Assembly (NCBI RefSeq): GCF_963921235.1 | Contig: NC_086109.1 | Coordinates: 4,900,001-4,964,000 of the forward strand | Reading direction: 5' to 3' | DNA length: 64,000 bases | Origin: Mobula hypostoma | Lineage: Eukaryota | Shown here: piece after piece, positions 51,186 through 63,659 of the stretch | How positions within the stretch are numbered: the stretch's first letter is position 1 | Layout: the number at the start of each line of letters is the position of its first letter | Program-made: the position numbers and the translations under genes | Notes under the pieces: model-generated | Told to the model about the DNA's origin: nothing | The model's database searches: none | The model's input: the letters and a program-made list of their open reading frames with translations, nothing else

Positions 51186-52522
51186 GACACCTCCCTCCCC
51201 TTTCTAGATCTTTCTGTCTCTGTCTCTGGAGACAGCTTATCCACTGATGTCTACTATAAGCCTACTGACTCTCACAGCTATCTGGACTATTCCTCTTCTC
51301 ACCCTGTCTCTTGCAAAAACGCCATCCCCTTCTCGCAATTCCTCCGTCTCCGCCGCATCTGCTCTCAGGATGAGGCTTTTCATTCTAGGACGAGGGAGAT
51401 GTCTTCCTTTTTTAAAGAAAGGGGCTTCCCTTCCTCCACTATCAACTCTGCTCTTAAACACATCTCCCCCATTTCACGTACATCTGCTCTTACTCCATCC
51501 TCCCGCCACCCCACTAGGAATAGGGTTCCCCTAGTCCTCACCTACCACCCCACCAGCCTGCGGATCCAACATATTATTCTCCGTAACTTCCGCCACCTCC
51601 AACGGGATCCCACCACTAAGCACATCTTTCCCTCCCCCCCTCTCTCTGCATTCCGCAGGGATCGCTCCCTACGCAACTCCCGTGTCCATTCGTCCCCCCC
51701 ATCCCTTCCCACTGATCTCCCTCCTGGCACTTATCCGTGTAAGCGGAACAAGTGCTACACATGCCCTTACACTTCCTCCCTTAGCACCATTCAGGGCCCC
51801 AAACAGTCCTTCCAGGTGAGGCAACACTTCACTGAGGTGATATACTGCGTCCGGTGCTCCCGATGTGGCCTTTTATATATTGGCGAGACCCGACGCAGAC
51901 TGGGAGACCGCTTTGCTGAACACCTACGCTCTGTCCGCCAGAGAAAGCAGGATCTCCCAGTGGCCACACATTTTAATTCCACATCCCATTCCCATTCTGA
52001 CATGTCTATCCACGGCCTCCTCTACTGTAAAGATGAAGCCACACTCAGGTTGGAGGAACAACACCTTATATTCCATCTGGGTAGCCTCCAACCTGATGGC
52101 ATGAACATCGACTTCTCCAACTTCCACTAATGTCCCACCTCCCCCTCGTACCCCATCTGTTACTTATTTTTGTACACACATTCTTTCTCTCACTCTCCTT
52201 TTTCTCCCTCTGTCCCTCTGCATATACCCCTTGCCCATCCTCTGGGTCACCCCCCCTTGTCTTTCTTCCCGGACCTTCTGTCCCATGATCCTCTCGTATC
52301 CCTTTTGCCTATCACCTGTCCAGCTCTTGGCTCCATCCCTCCCCCTCCTGTCTTCTCCTATCATTTTGGATCTCCCACTCCCCCTCCAACTTTCAAATCC
52401 CTTACTCACTCTTCCTTCAATTAGTCCTGACGAAGGGTCTCGGCCTGAAACGTGGACTGTACTTCTTCCTAGAGATGCTGCCTGGCCTGCTGCGTTCACC
52501 AGCAACTTTTATGTGTGTTGCT
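51186..52522 (+). mobile_element. Young 5'-truncated Penelope-like element (Neptune type): RT thumb, Cys linker, GIY-YIG endonuclease, 3' UTR/pLTR
   Basis: Open frame to 52130 with LPFLDL, YKPTDSHSYL, CKRNKCYTC, VIYCVRC...LLYIGETRRRLGDRFAEH, HF, GMN. Perfect 11-bp TSD AGAAAGATTCC (51175-51185 / 52523-52533). Confidence 0.93.
52423..52458 (+). ncRNA. Minimal type I hammerhead ribozyme motif in the PLE 3' end (this copy has GUG at the cleavage triplet)
   Basis: AGTC-CTGACGA-A-GGGT(CTCG)GCCT-GAAA-CGTG-GACT: stem I AGTC/GACT, core CUGANGA and GAAA, short stem II, palindromic ACGT in place of stem III. Confidence 0.75.
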
Positions 52523-52865
52523 AGAAAGATTCCTCTATTGGTTCTTGGTTTCACTAGTTAAGCGATATGATGCCCAAATTAGATAATCACCAGTCAGGGT
52601 ATCATATTCTGTTCAATCTTACTAAGTTACCTTACTAGATCTGGGCAACACAGTGATGCAGTTAGTAGGGCCACTACCTTGAAATATCAGAGACCCCAGT
52701 CTGATGTCTTGAGTAATGTCCTTTTGACCGTGTGGGTGCTTCAGTGTCCTACAGGCCAGAGATGTGTGGGTAGGTAAGTTAACTGGCTGCTTGTATGAGG
52801 TCTGTGTGGTCACGTAGAATCTGGGGGCGTTGATAAAAATGCGGTGTTTGGGGGCGGGGGGGGGG

Positions 52866-53897
52866 AAACCTACAGCACAATACAGGCCCTTTGGCCCACA
52901 AAGCTGTGCCGAACATGTCCTTACCTTAGAAATTACTTAGGGTTACCCAGAGCCCTCTATTTTTCTGAGCTCCATGTACCTGTTCAGGAGTCTCTTAAAA
53001 GACCCTATCGTATCCGCCTCCTCCACCGTCACCAGCAGCCCATTCCATGCACTCACTGCTCTCTGTGTTTAAAAACAAAAACTTACCCCTGACATCTCCT
53101 CTGTACCTACTTCCAAGCACCTTAAAACTGTACCCTCTTGTGCTAGCCATTCCAGCCCTGGGAAAAAGCCTCTGACTATCCACATGATCAATGCCTCTCA
53201 TTTTATACACCTCTATCAGGTCACCTCTCATCCTCCGTCGCTCCAGGGAAAAAAGGCCGAGTTCACTCAACCTATTCTCATAAGGTATGCTCCCCAATCC
53301 AGGCAACATCCTTGTCAATCTCTTCTGCACCCTTTCTATGGTTTCCACATCCTATAGTGAGGTGACCAGAACTGAGCATAGTACTCCAGGTGGGGTCTGA
53401 CCAGGGTCTTATATAGTTGCAACATTACCCCTCTGCTTCTAAACTCAATCCCACGATTGATGAAGGCCAATGCACCATATACTTTTTTAACCACAGAGTC
53501 AACCTGCGCAGCAGCTTTTAGTGTCCTATGGACTTGCACCCCAAGATCTCTCTGATCCTCCACACTTGCCAAGAGTCTTACCATTAATACTATATTCTGC
53601 CATCATATTTGACCTACCAAAATGAACCACCTCACGCTTATCTAGGTTGAACTCCATCTGCCACTTCTCATCCCAGTTTTGCATCCTATCAATGTTCCAC
53701 TATAACCTCTGACAGCTCTACACTATTCACAACACCACCAACCTTTGTGTCATCAGCAAATTTACTAACCCATCCCTCCAACTCTTCATCCAGGGCATTT
53801 ATAAAAATCACGAAGAGTGGGGGTCCCAGAACAGATCCTTGAGGCACACCACTGGTCCCCAACCTCCATGCAGAATGTGACCCATCTACAACCAACT
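52866..53897 (-). mobile_element. CR1 LINE RT and 3' fragment
   Basis: SGVPQGSVLGP, SKFADDTK, LVRPHLEY, RRMRGDLIEVYK. Confidence 0.92.
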
Positions 53898-54240
53898 TTT
53901 TATGGACTGTTTAGATAGGCACATGAATGTGAGGAAAATGGAAGGGTATGGACAATTTGTAGACGAGGTTAATATTGTTAGCCATTTCATTACTAATTTG
54001 ATTGGTTAGGCACAATGTGTTTATGCCACAATATTCTTGTGTCAAAGGCACTGTATAAGTAGAAGCTGCTACTGTTGCTGTGAATCACAGTTAGTTCAAT
54101 ACTTGTGCTTGAAGAGGCAGGCTACAGTTATTTTGTCTGCATTCACTGGCCTTGGATCAAAAGATTACAGCCAGCTCATTATCTCAAGTACATAATGTAA
54201 ATTATTTAATTGGTATTTATAACTAATTGTCATTGCTATG

Positions 54241-54480
54241 AACACAAGAGATTCTGCAGATGTTGGAAATCCAGAGCAACACACAAAATGTTAGAGGAAC
54301 TCAGCGGGTCTGAACCAAATCTGTGGTTACGGACCCCTTGGTCAATAGTAGGAGTCCCTGCATAAAAAAGGTTGAGAACCCCAGTGTTAAAGGGTTTTGG
54401 CCCAAAATGTTGACTGTTTGTTCCTCTCCATGGATGCTGCCTGACCTGCTGAGTTCTCCAGCATTTTACTGTGTGTTGCA
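54241..54480. mobile_element. Palindromic PLE-end unit with an internal hAT-like MITE
   Basis: Inverted tails (acacaaaatg..gaggaactcagc / gctgagttctccagcatttt) around a MITE ending ggttgagaacccc. Confidence 0.7.
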
Positions 54481-54660
54481 TTTTTTTTATGAATGCAATA
54501 AGTTCTCAAATTCTGTATAATTTAATCATGTTTAGCTTCTAACTAGGTCAGACCTACTCATCACAGCTATTTAGAAACAAAATTCCATGGAGCTATTTTA
54601 TCCTGATTTAATGGGAGCCCCAACCACAATGTGAAAAGAACAGGTTTGCTTATGACATCT

Positions 54661-55146
54661 TCGAGAGGGGTCATGAGAATAATCCCCAGAATGAAAGGGT
54701 AAACATATGAGGAATGTTTGATGTCTCTGGGCCTGTACTCACTGGAGTTTAGAAGAATGGCGGGGGGGAGGGATCTAGGCTATTGAATATTGAAAGACCT
54801 GGACAGAGTGGGAGTGGAGAGGATGTTTCCCATAGTAGGGGAGTATAGAACCAGAGGGCACAACCTCAATAGAAAGACATCCCTTTGGAAAAGAAATGGG
54901 GAATTTGTTTAGCCAGAGGGTGGTGAGTCTGTGGAATTCATTGCTACAGACTACTGTGGAAGCCAAGTCATTGGGTATACTTAAAGCGGAGGTTGATGGG
55001 TTCTTGATTAGTAAGGGGGTCAAAGGTAATGGGGAGAAGGCAAGAGAAGGGTGTTGAGAAGGATAATAAATCAGCCATGATCAAATGGAATGGTTGAGCA
55101 GAATGGATGGGCCGAATGGCCTAATACTGCTCCAATGTCTCATAGT
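54661..55146 (+). mobile_element. CR1 3' fragment; related pieces at about 16115-16580(-), 20585-20880(+), 24690-24960(-), 37350-37820(+) and 61700-62380(+)
   Basis: CR1 C-terminal coding remnants and the gatgggccgaatggcctaat..tgctcc tail. Confidence 0.8.
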
Positions 55147-56249
55147 CATGTATAATTTTTAAGAAATAAAATTAGCCATGGGTGCACCAAAATTGGTGCT
55201 TCTCATTCTGGGTAATTAACTGCTGCCATCTGCTGTTCCTGGAGCCAAAAACAAGCATCAAACCTTGCAATTTTGAATCATAATGCAGGCGAATTTTTAA
55301 AGCTAGTCTCAGATTTAAAATAACAACAGCAGTGGAATCATTCAGTGGGTTAGGAAGGAGCAGTGGTGAGAGAATGGGTTACATTGCAGGTTTTTTCTGC
55401 ATTCTTTTCAGTGTTGAGGTTTTGATATTTATTTGGTGTGTGCAAAGTTTAATGTTTAGTGGTCATGAATATAACAAATGGCATGAGATCCTGATGGTTT
55501 TAGCTCTGGTCCAGTGAATGCAGAAAGGAAATGTAAGCAGATCAGGACTTTGATGTAATCATATTCCTATATGGAATTGCAGAATCAGAATCAGGTTTAA
55601 TATCACCAACATATGTTGTGAAATTTGTTCATCTTTGCAGCAGCAGTACAATGCAATACATAATAATAGTAAAAAAAAACTGTGAATTCCAGTATATATT
55701 TAAATTAGTACAAAAATAGAAATCAAACAGTAGTGAGGTAGTGTTCATGGGTTCAATGTCCATTCAGAAATCAGATGGCAGAGGGGAAGAAGCTGTTCCT
55801 GAATTGTTGAGTGTGTGCCTTCAGGCTCCTGTACCTCCTTCCTGATGGTGGCAATGAAAAGAGGGCATGACCTACGTAATGGAGTGGTGCTTAATGATAG
55901 ATGCCACCTTTTTGAGGCATTGCTCCTTGAAGATGTCACAGATACTACAGAGGCTAGTGCCCTTGGTGGAGCTGACTGAGTGTACAATTCTCTGCAGCTT
56001 ACTTCAATCCTGTGCAGTAGCCCTCTCCCCCCCCCCCCCACAACCAAGTACCCTCCACATATCAGATGGTGATGCAGACAGAATGCTGTTGTGGGTACAT
56101 CTGTAGAAATGTGAGCGTCATTCACATATTCTGTTATATTCCTATATGGAATCGCAAACTCACTCATATTCTAGATATTGAACAGAACTGAAGTCTCCCT
56201 CACTTCTGAACTCTTCAAGGAGTCCCACAGCAGAGCACATGTTTAGTGA

Positions 56250-56389
56250 ACAAACAAGAGAAAATCTGCAGCTGCTGGAAATCCAAGCAATGCATACAAA
56301 ATGCTGGAGGAATCAGCAGGCCAGGTAGCATCAATGGAAAAGAATACGTCGACATTTTGGGCCGAGACTTTCGGCAGGACCCTTCGGTT
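56250..56389 (-). mobile_element. 140-bp PLE 3'-end copy truncated at the hammerhead motif
   Basis: Perfect 15-bp TSD GCACATGTTTAGTGA (56235-56249 / 56390-56404). Confidence 0.85.
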
Positions 56390-56609
56390 GCACATGTTTA
56401 GTGAGTCTTACCAATAGATCTGCTTACTGATGCCATTCCAGATTAGACCCAGAGCAAGTTCCACAAGCCAATTTACTACTTCAGTGAAGAGTGTGTAAGA
56501 AAACGCTTTGACATTTTATTATTTTGTTTATTGATTTTTAAAAATTTTTGGTATTTTTAAAATCATTTTAACAGCTCTTTGACTGTTTCTAAATATCAGG
56601 TTTGACAGA

Positions 56610-56881
56610 AACATGCGAGACTCTGCAAGTGCTGAAAGTTCGGGGTAACACACAAAATGTTGGAGGAACTCAGTAGGTCAGGCAGCATCTATAGAAAGGA
56701 ATAAACAGCTGATGTCTCAGAACATTTCATCTGGACACATTCATTCTTCTCCGTAGATCCCAGCCTTTTTATTTGCTGTAGACCACCTACCATTGACCGA
56801 GAGGTCAATCGACCCCAGGTTGGGAACCCCTGTAGATGCTGCCTGACCTGCTAAGCTGCTGCAGTATTTTGTGTTATTACA
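56610..56881. mobile_element. Palindromic PLE-end unit with an internal hAT-like MITE
   Basis: TSD CAGGTTTGACAGA 56597-56609 / CAGCTTTGACAGA 56882-56894. MITE end GGTTGGGAACCCCTG at about 56818-56832. Confidence 0.75.
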
Positions 56882-57574
56882 CAGCTTTGACAGAGTGCAG
56901 TTTGAGGTGTGCCTTTGGTATGAGTTAAATGTCATCATGCTGGTTTCTTGGCCCTTGCACATGACCTAATAACAGGATTTGGGCTCCTGTTTATCAGCTC
57001 CAGCATGCACTCACTCAGGAGGATTAAAACCAGGTAAGTGTGGGGCAGTGTTGAACAAACGAGCCATAAGTGTGGGTGACTGGGTCCACCGAGCATAATA
57101 GTGGTAAAGAGAAATATAAGCTATAAGGAATAGAAATATTAAGCAGCTACCTTGTGAATTGGAAAAGTTAAATTTCAGTTCAATAATCTATAAGGTCAAT
57201 AACCTGAAGTATTGGCTGTCTCCATAGCCACATCCTGACCTACCAGGTATTTCCAGCATTCCTTCATTAAAGCTCACAACAAATCGGTGCGTGTGGAGCC
57301 TGAATAAAACTGCAAAAGGTGTTTCATGTGAAGTTTACATAGAACTAAAGAATTTTACCTGTATATCTTGTGTAGGGATAGAGATATATCAAAGTAATGT
57401 TTAGATCTCAAGGGAAGTCTTACATGATACAGCTGAGTAGAGATTGTTTCAGGGTGAGAAGTTTAGTTGGCCTTAAATAGTATTGAGTAATTTCAGTGCA
57501 TGTGTGTGTACACACTCAAAGTGATGTTGTTAAGGTTTCCTTGCCCTGTTCAAACTTGATTGCATATATGTATA

Positions 57575-57783
57575 AACACGAGGTTCTGCCGATGCTGGAT
57601 ATCCAGATTAATACTCTCAAAATGCTGGAGGAACTTAGCAGATCTGGCCACATCTATAGAAAGGGGTGAAGAGCCATTCGAGTCAAGGCCCTGGTGAAGG
57701 GTCTTGGCCCAAAATATCAACTCTTCATTCCTCTCCATAGATTGTGGTCTGACCTCCTGAGTTCCTCCGGCATTTTGTGTGTT
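57575..57783. mobile_element. Palindromic PLE-end unit
   Basis: Minus tail followed by a plus tail starting at a degenerate hammerhead (ctggtgaagggtcttggcccaaaa). Confidence 0.7.
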
Positions 57784-58434
57784 CATACAGTATTTGTCTA
57801 GTTTCATTCTGGTTTCTCTCCTCTCCCCCACCCCCCCCAAAAAAAAAACCTTGAAACTTTAAAGATCAGGGCTGGATGAAGCATGCATTAAAAAAGCAAG
57901 TGGTGTCATTTAAAGCATTTAATTTTCAAAAAAGGTTGTAGGGTAAAAAGTGCAACTGGTATGCTTGTATAATCAAATGTAATTAGCAGCTATTATTGAA
58001 ACCAATGTTTGGGCACATTAAAGTAATATTCTCTTTAATAACCATTATCTGCATTAAATAACATTAAACTTGTTTTTAAAAGATGAGTATGTGTACTACT
58101 GGAATTTGGGGGAGATGTGCTAACAGACTGGTACCTCTCAGCACTCGATTGTTCAGCTGAATTATCATTCAGCTTGTGTGCAAGTTGTTCACTGGTTATT
58201 TATGCAACATGTGTAATTGTAATTGGGAGTTTCAAAAGTGTGAATTTTGCCCATATTTCAAACATTGTAAGTGGTTTAAAAAACTTGAGCATTCTGTTGT
58301 TCATATTTTGCTGCTGCTGCTGGTGCTTGTATGTCATTTGATGAAAGAAAAAGGATTCATGAACTTGATTGTATCCATGCCTGCTCTCTGGCTGCAATTG
58401 GTCATCTATAATTTATACATTTTTCAGGAAAAGA

Positions 58435-58500
58435 AATAAACATTATTGTGCTACATGACCCTCCTGCTTTGTATCTGTGTATCTTTGTATCTGCTTTATA
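58435..58500 (+). terminator. Candidate polyadenylation site
   Basis: AATAAA 58435-58440 ends a TE-free AU-rich block and is followed by a GU/U-rich tract (TGTATCT x3). Confidence 0.45.
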
Positions 58501-60214
58501 CTTGGCCGTCTCAATCTGACGCTGCGCTGTCTAGATTCAAGCGCTAGGAGTTGGCCGTAGGGCCCATCTGAGACTTTATCTTACAGCAAATGGGTTTGTA
58601 ACCTATAATTATTGAGGAACTGATCATTGCCTGTAAAAACAGAGTGATCATTTTCCAGAACTTGTGCCAGTTGGCTCATCATTCTACACCATTTTCATAA
58701 AGAGCGATCTTTGTTACATAGCTACTGTACATCTTATGGTGTCAAAAGCCCCAATTACTGTTCTGAATTTAACATCTCTCCAAATGGTTCAATTTAATAT
58801 CAGAGAATGTATACAGTATACAACCTGAAATTCTTGCTCTTTGCAGACATCGGCGAAATAAAAAAAAACAAAATGAATGACAGAAATATCAGAGCCCCAA
58901 AGCCCCGTCCACACACAAGCAGCAGCAGAAACAGTGAAACCACACCTCCCCAACCATGCAAACAATAGCAAAAGCCCCCAAAGAGACTTTGATTTAGAGC
59001 CATCAAAATCTATGGTCCTTAATCAACACTTCAATATCTCAGACAGGCTCGGTCACTAGCGAGGGAGAGAGATTGCTCCAGCAACAATCAGAACGGAGAC
59101 CAGCTGCTCGCTGTTCGAATGTTACAATCTTTTATATCGCTTCTCCGCAAACCAACAGACTCTCACTCACCATCGGAGGGGTGGAGGGGATTGCTCGAAT
59201 AAGGGGCCTTCTTCCGACAGCACAAACCTTTCCTAACGTTGAGTTTAACATTATCTTTAATCTGAGGAAAACTCCATTTTGTGTGGGGACACTCAATTGG
59301 ATTGAATATTTATTTACAGAGAAATAGCGTGGAATAGGCCCTTCCAGCCCTTTGAACCACACTGCCTAGCAACTCCCCATTTAACCCTAGCCTAATCATG
59401 AAACAATTTACAATGACCAATTAACCTACCAAGCAGTATGTCTTTGGAATGTGGGAGGAAACCGGAGCACCCGGAGGAAACTTGCGTGGTCACAGGGGGA
59501 GCATACATTCTCCTTATAGACAGAGGCAGGAATGAACCTGGGTTTATTTACAATATTGGCATTAAAAAAAGGATACATTTCTTCTGACCTGCACTTATTT
59601 TTGCCTACAGTCCCTGTAGCTGGAAGCAAATTATAGTTACTTGTTTAAAATTTAAAAACATGTTTTTCACAGTTCACAATTTCAAAAAGGACCACTACAA
59701 TTTACTATAAGCTACAACTGTTACTGGTTTGAGTACTGGAATGCAAATTATAGCAACTACATGAATTTTTGCAATTAAATACCTTTTGAGGAAATGTTGA
59801 CTAAGATGTATTCCCATTCGATTTTCTTTTAAATAAATGCAAGGTGAATTGGTGAAGTCATTCATTTTGTCAAATTATGATTAAAACTTGATGAAGCTTC
59901 TTGGCCCAAAATGTCTGCTTATTTCCCTCCATAGATACTGCCTAGTCTGTCTGGTTAATCCATGATCCCTTTCTTAAAGGCATATTAGTATCCTTCAGTC
60001 TTCCAGTACCTAACCTGTGGTTAAGGAAGATACAAATATCTCTGCCAAGGCCCTAGCAATCTCCTCCCTTTACCATAACATCCAAGGATACATCTGGTTG
60101 GGCATTGAGGTAGAACAAGAGGTATAGTCAAAATAACCATAGCTAAGCTAGCTATCTTAGCCAAGATAAACGTCCCTTTTCTAAGCCCTCCTTGGTAATG
60201 CTCTCTAACTCTTG

Positions 60215-61642
60215 GCGCTGCATTGGTGACTCATGCTGAGTTTGTCAATTTCATCAGCTTTACCTCCAACTTTCACCCTGCCCTTAGATTTACTCAGTCC
60301 ATTTCTGACACCTCTCTCCCCCTTCTCGACCTCTCTTGTCACCACCTCTGGGGACAAACTGTCCACCGATGTCTTTCATAAACCTGCTGTTCTCCGTGCT
60401 ATCTTGACTATACCTGTTTCCACCCTGTGTCTTGTAAAAAATGCCATTCCCTTTTCTCAGTTCCTTCATCTACACTGCATCTGTTTCCAGGATGAGGCTT
60501 TCCTTTGCAGGACATCAGAAATTTCCTCCTTCTTCAAAGAACAGGATTTCCTTCTGCCACCATTTGATGCTGCCCTCAGCTGCATCTCCTCCATTTTCCA
60601 AACATGCACACTCACTCCATCTTCCTCCTACCTTAACAGGGATAAAATTCCTGTTGTCCTCACCTACCACCACATAAGCCTCCATATCCAACACACTGTT
60701 CTCCACAACGTCAGGTATCTTCAACGGGATCCTACTACCAAAAACATCTTTTTCTCCCCTCCAACCCCCCCCCCCAATCTGCTTTCTGCAAGAATCACTC
60801 CCTCCATGATTCCCTTGTCCATTCGTTTTTCGCCACTAACTTCCCTTCTGGCACATATCAGTACAAATGATGAAAATGCTATACTTCCCCATTCACCTTC
60901 TCCCTCTCCTCCATTCAGGACCCCCAATAGTCCTTTCAGGAGAGGCAAGAGTTTGCCTGCAAATCTATTGGGGTCATCCACGTATCCGGTGCTCCCGATG
61001 CAACCTCCTCTACATTAATGAGACCTGACATAGACTGAGGGACTGCATTGTGAGCACCTTGGCTCCATCCACAAAAATAAGGATTTCCAGGTGGCAGATC
61101 ATTTCAATTATAATCCTCATTCTCATTCCATCAGGCTGGTCCTAGCCTCCCTCTTCTGTCATGATAAGGTCACTCTCAGGTTGGAGGTGCAACATCTCAT
61201 GTTGTGTCTAGGTAGCTTTCAGCCCAATGGCATGAACATCGATTTCTCCAACCTGGTAATTTTTCCCCATCCCCCTTTCCTCTTCTTTATTTCCCCTTTC
61301 TTGCTCCCCTCTTATCTCTTCTCACTAGCCTTCGCATCCCCCGGACCCCATTCACCTTCCCTTTGTCCCATGGTCCACTCTTCTCCTACCAGATTCCTTC
61401 CCCAGCTCTTTATTCTTTCCGCCTATCACTTCCCAAATTTTTACTTCTTCATCCCCTACTCCACCCACCTGTCACCTTTGAATTTGTACACCTTCCCCTT
61501 CCCCTCCCCCCATCTCCTTATTCTAGCATCCATCCCTTCCTTTCCAGTCCTGATGAAGGGTCTCAGCCTGAAACAGTGACTGTTTATTCATTTCCATAAA
61601 TGCTGCCTGACCTGAGTTCCTCCAGAATTTTGTGTGTGTTGC
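60215..61642 (+). mobile_element. Older degenerate Penelope-like element
   Basis: GDKLSTDVFHKP, KNAIPFSQFL, QRDPTTKNIF, QPNGMNIDFSN; hammerhead-like end at 61545-61582. Confidence 0.88.
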
Positions 61643-62124
61643 ACAAGAAAGTTGTGTTAGATTTGTGTTAAACACTGGTTAAACTTCAGCTCGATCAATG
61701 ACCACCACTCGTGTGCTCCTTATCTAAGAAAGGATGTGCTAGCATTGGAGAGGATCCAGAGGAAGTTCACAAAAATGATCCTGGGATGCTGGAAATAAAA
61801 GGGTCAACATATGAGGAGCATTTGAGGCTCTGGGCTGTACTCACTGGAATTTAGAAGAATGGGGAGAGGGGGCAGGAGTCTCATTGAAACCTACCGGATG
61901 TGGACAGGATGTTTCCTACAGTAGGGGGGTCTAGAACCAGAGGGCACAGCCTCAAAATAGAAAGACGTCCCTTTAGAACAGAGATGAGGGGGAATTTCTT
62001 TAGCCGGAGGATGATTAATTCATTGCCACAGACGACTGTGGAAGTCAAGTCATCATGTATATTTAAAATAGAGATTGGTAAGGGTGTCAAAGGTTATGGG
62101 GAGAAGGCAGGGGAATAGGATTGT

Positions 62125-62313
62125 TTTTTTTTAATTCCTCTCTGTTCCTTGTGGCACACTGGGTGGAAACCTTGATGTTTCTTTAGCACTTTTGTCTTTT
62201 TTTTGAGGCTGAATTGCTAGTTCGATGCTCAACCCAGCACGGATGGAAAGCGTGCAAGGAGCCAGCAGGATTCAAACCCGAAGTTCAGTGCTGATGTCAC
62301 AATACCACCGGCT
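62125..62313 (-). mobile_element. Older copy of a related tRNA-derived SINE, inserted in a CR1 tail
   Basis: Shares ctcaaccc..cacggatggaaagcgt and ggattcaaaccc with 5248-5542. Confidence 0.65.
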
Positions 62314-62683
62314 GAACAGCATTAGCAGAGCAGATTCAATGGGCTGAAAGGCCTAATTCTGCTCCTATGTCTTATGGTTACTCTAGGATAAGGATACAGC
62401 TCACCGGAGAGGATGCAGATGTTACCAGTGCTGGAGAATTGGTTATAGGGAAAGGCTGCCCAGATTGGACAAGATAAACTGGGCAGAGATTTGATTCAGG
62501 CATAAAGAATTGAGAAGGCTAATCAGGTGAGCATAAGGTGCCCACCTTCCGCCACAAAGAGGTTACCATTTCACTGTATGGTTCAACTTTATAAGAGGAA
62601 AGATTATTTCACCAAACAAGTGATGTGGATCTGGAACTTGCTGCCTGCAAGGATAGTGTAGACAATTATATTTTTAATATTTC

Positions 62684-63062
62684 CCTCACCTTCCCCTCTT
62701 CTTTTCCCCACTCTGGCCTCTTACCTCTTCTCATCTACCTATCACCTTTCCCTGGGTCCCCTCCTCCTTCCCTTTCTCCTATGGTCTAATCTCCTTTCCT
62801 ATCAGATTCCTTCCGCTCTAATCTTTTATCTTTCCCACCCAACTAGGTTCACCTCTCAGCTTCTAGTTATCATCCTTCCACTTCCTCCCCCACACCTTTT
62901 TATTATAGTGTCTTCCCCCTTCCTTTCCAGTCCTGAAGAAGGGTCTCAGATCAAAATGTCGAATGTTTATTCCTTTCCATAGACGCTGCCTGACCTGTTG
63001 AGTTCCTCCAGCATTCTGTGTGTGTTGCTTTGGATTTCCAGCATCTTCAGACTTTCTTCTGT
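62684..63062 (+). mobile_element. PLE 3' UTR and tail fragment
   Basis: Pyrimidine-rich UTR, cagtcctgaagaagggtctc motif, tail ending ggatttccagcatc. Confidence 0.75.
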
Positions 63063-63659
63063 TCCTGGCATAGACAAAGACCCTCATCACATTTAAACAG
63101 GACATGGATGATCCTCAAAGAACCCTGGTCCATGAACAAGGGAGCTGACAAGCATCTGTGGAGGAGATTGGACAGTTGCCATTTGGTGTGGACCCTGCTC
63201 CTCGCCCACAGAAGTCCGAAGTTAGAAGCTGATGTCTACGAGTCCAGGGCTAAGGACTAGAGGCCCAGGGGTGGCCTGCCCTGGAGTTGAAGGCCTGTCT
63301 AGATGTGTGAGTGGGTGGGGGGAGAGGGGAGGGTGTGAGTGATGGGAAAGGGGTTTGTTTTACTGTCGGTATCTTGTTTTGTTTTGGCTGCTTGTATTGT
63401 TCTGCTGAACATTGTGGGCCAGGAATGTGTGGCAACATTTGTGGGCTGCCCCCAGCACATACTTAGATGTGTTATTGTTAACAGAATCAAAGCATTTCAA
63501 TGTACATGGGATAAATGAATCTGAGTTCCTGCAGCACTTTGTTCATCCACACCACACCCGTTCCTGGGTAGTACTGTCATAATGTATGAATGGCCTATGT
63601 GGTTCTTTTGTGGAGCAGACTCGATGGGCTGAATGGCCTAATTCTGCTCCTGTGTCTTA

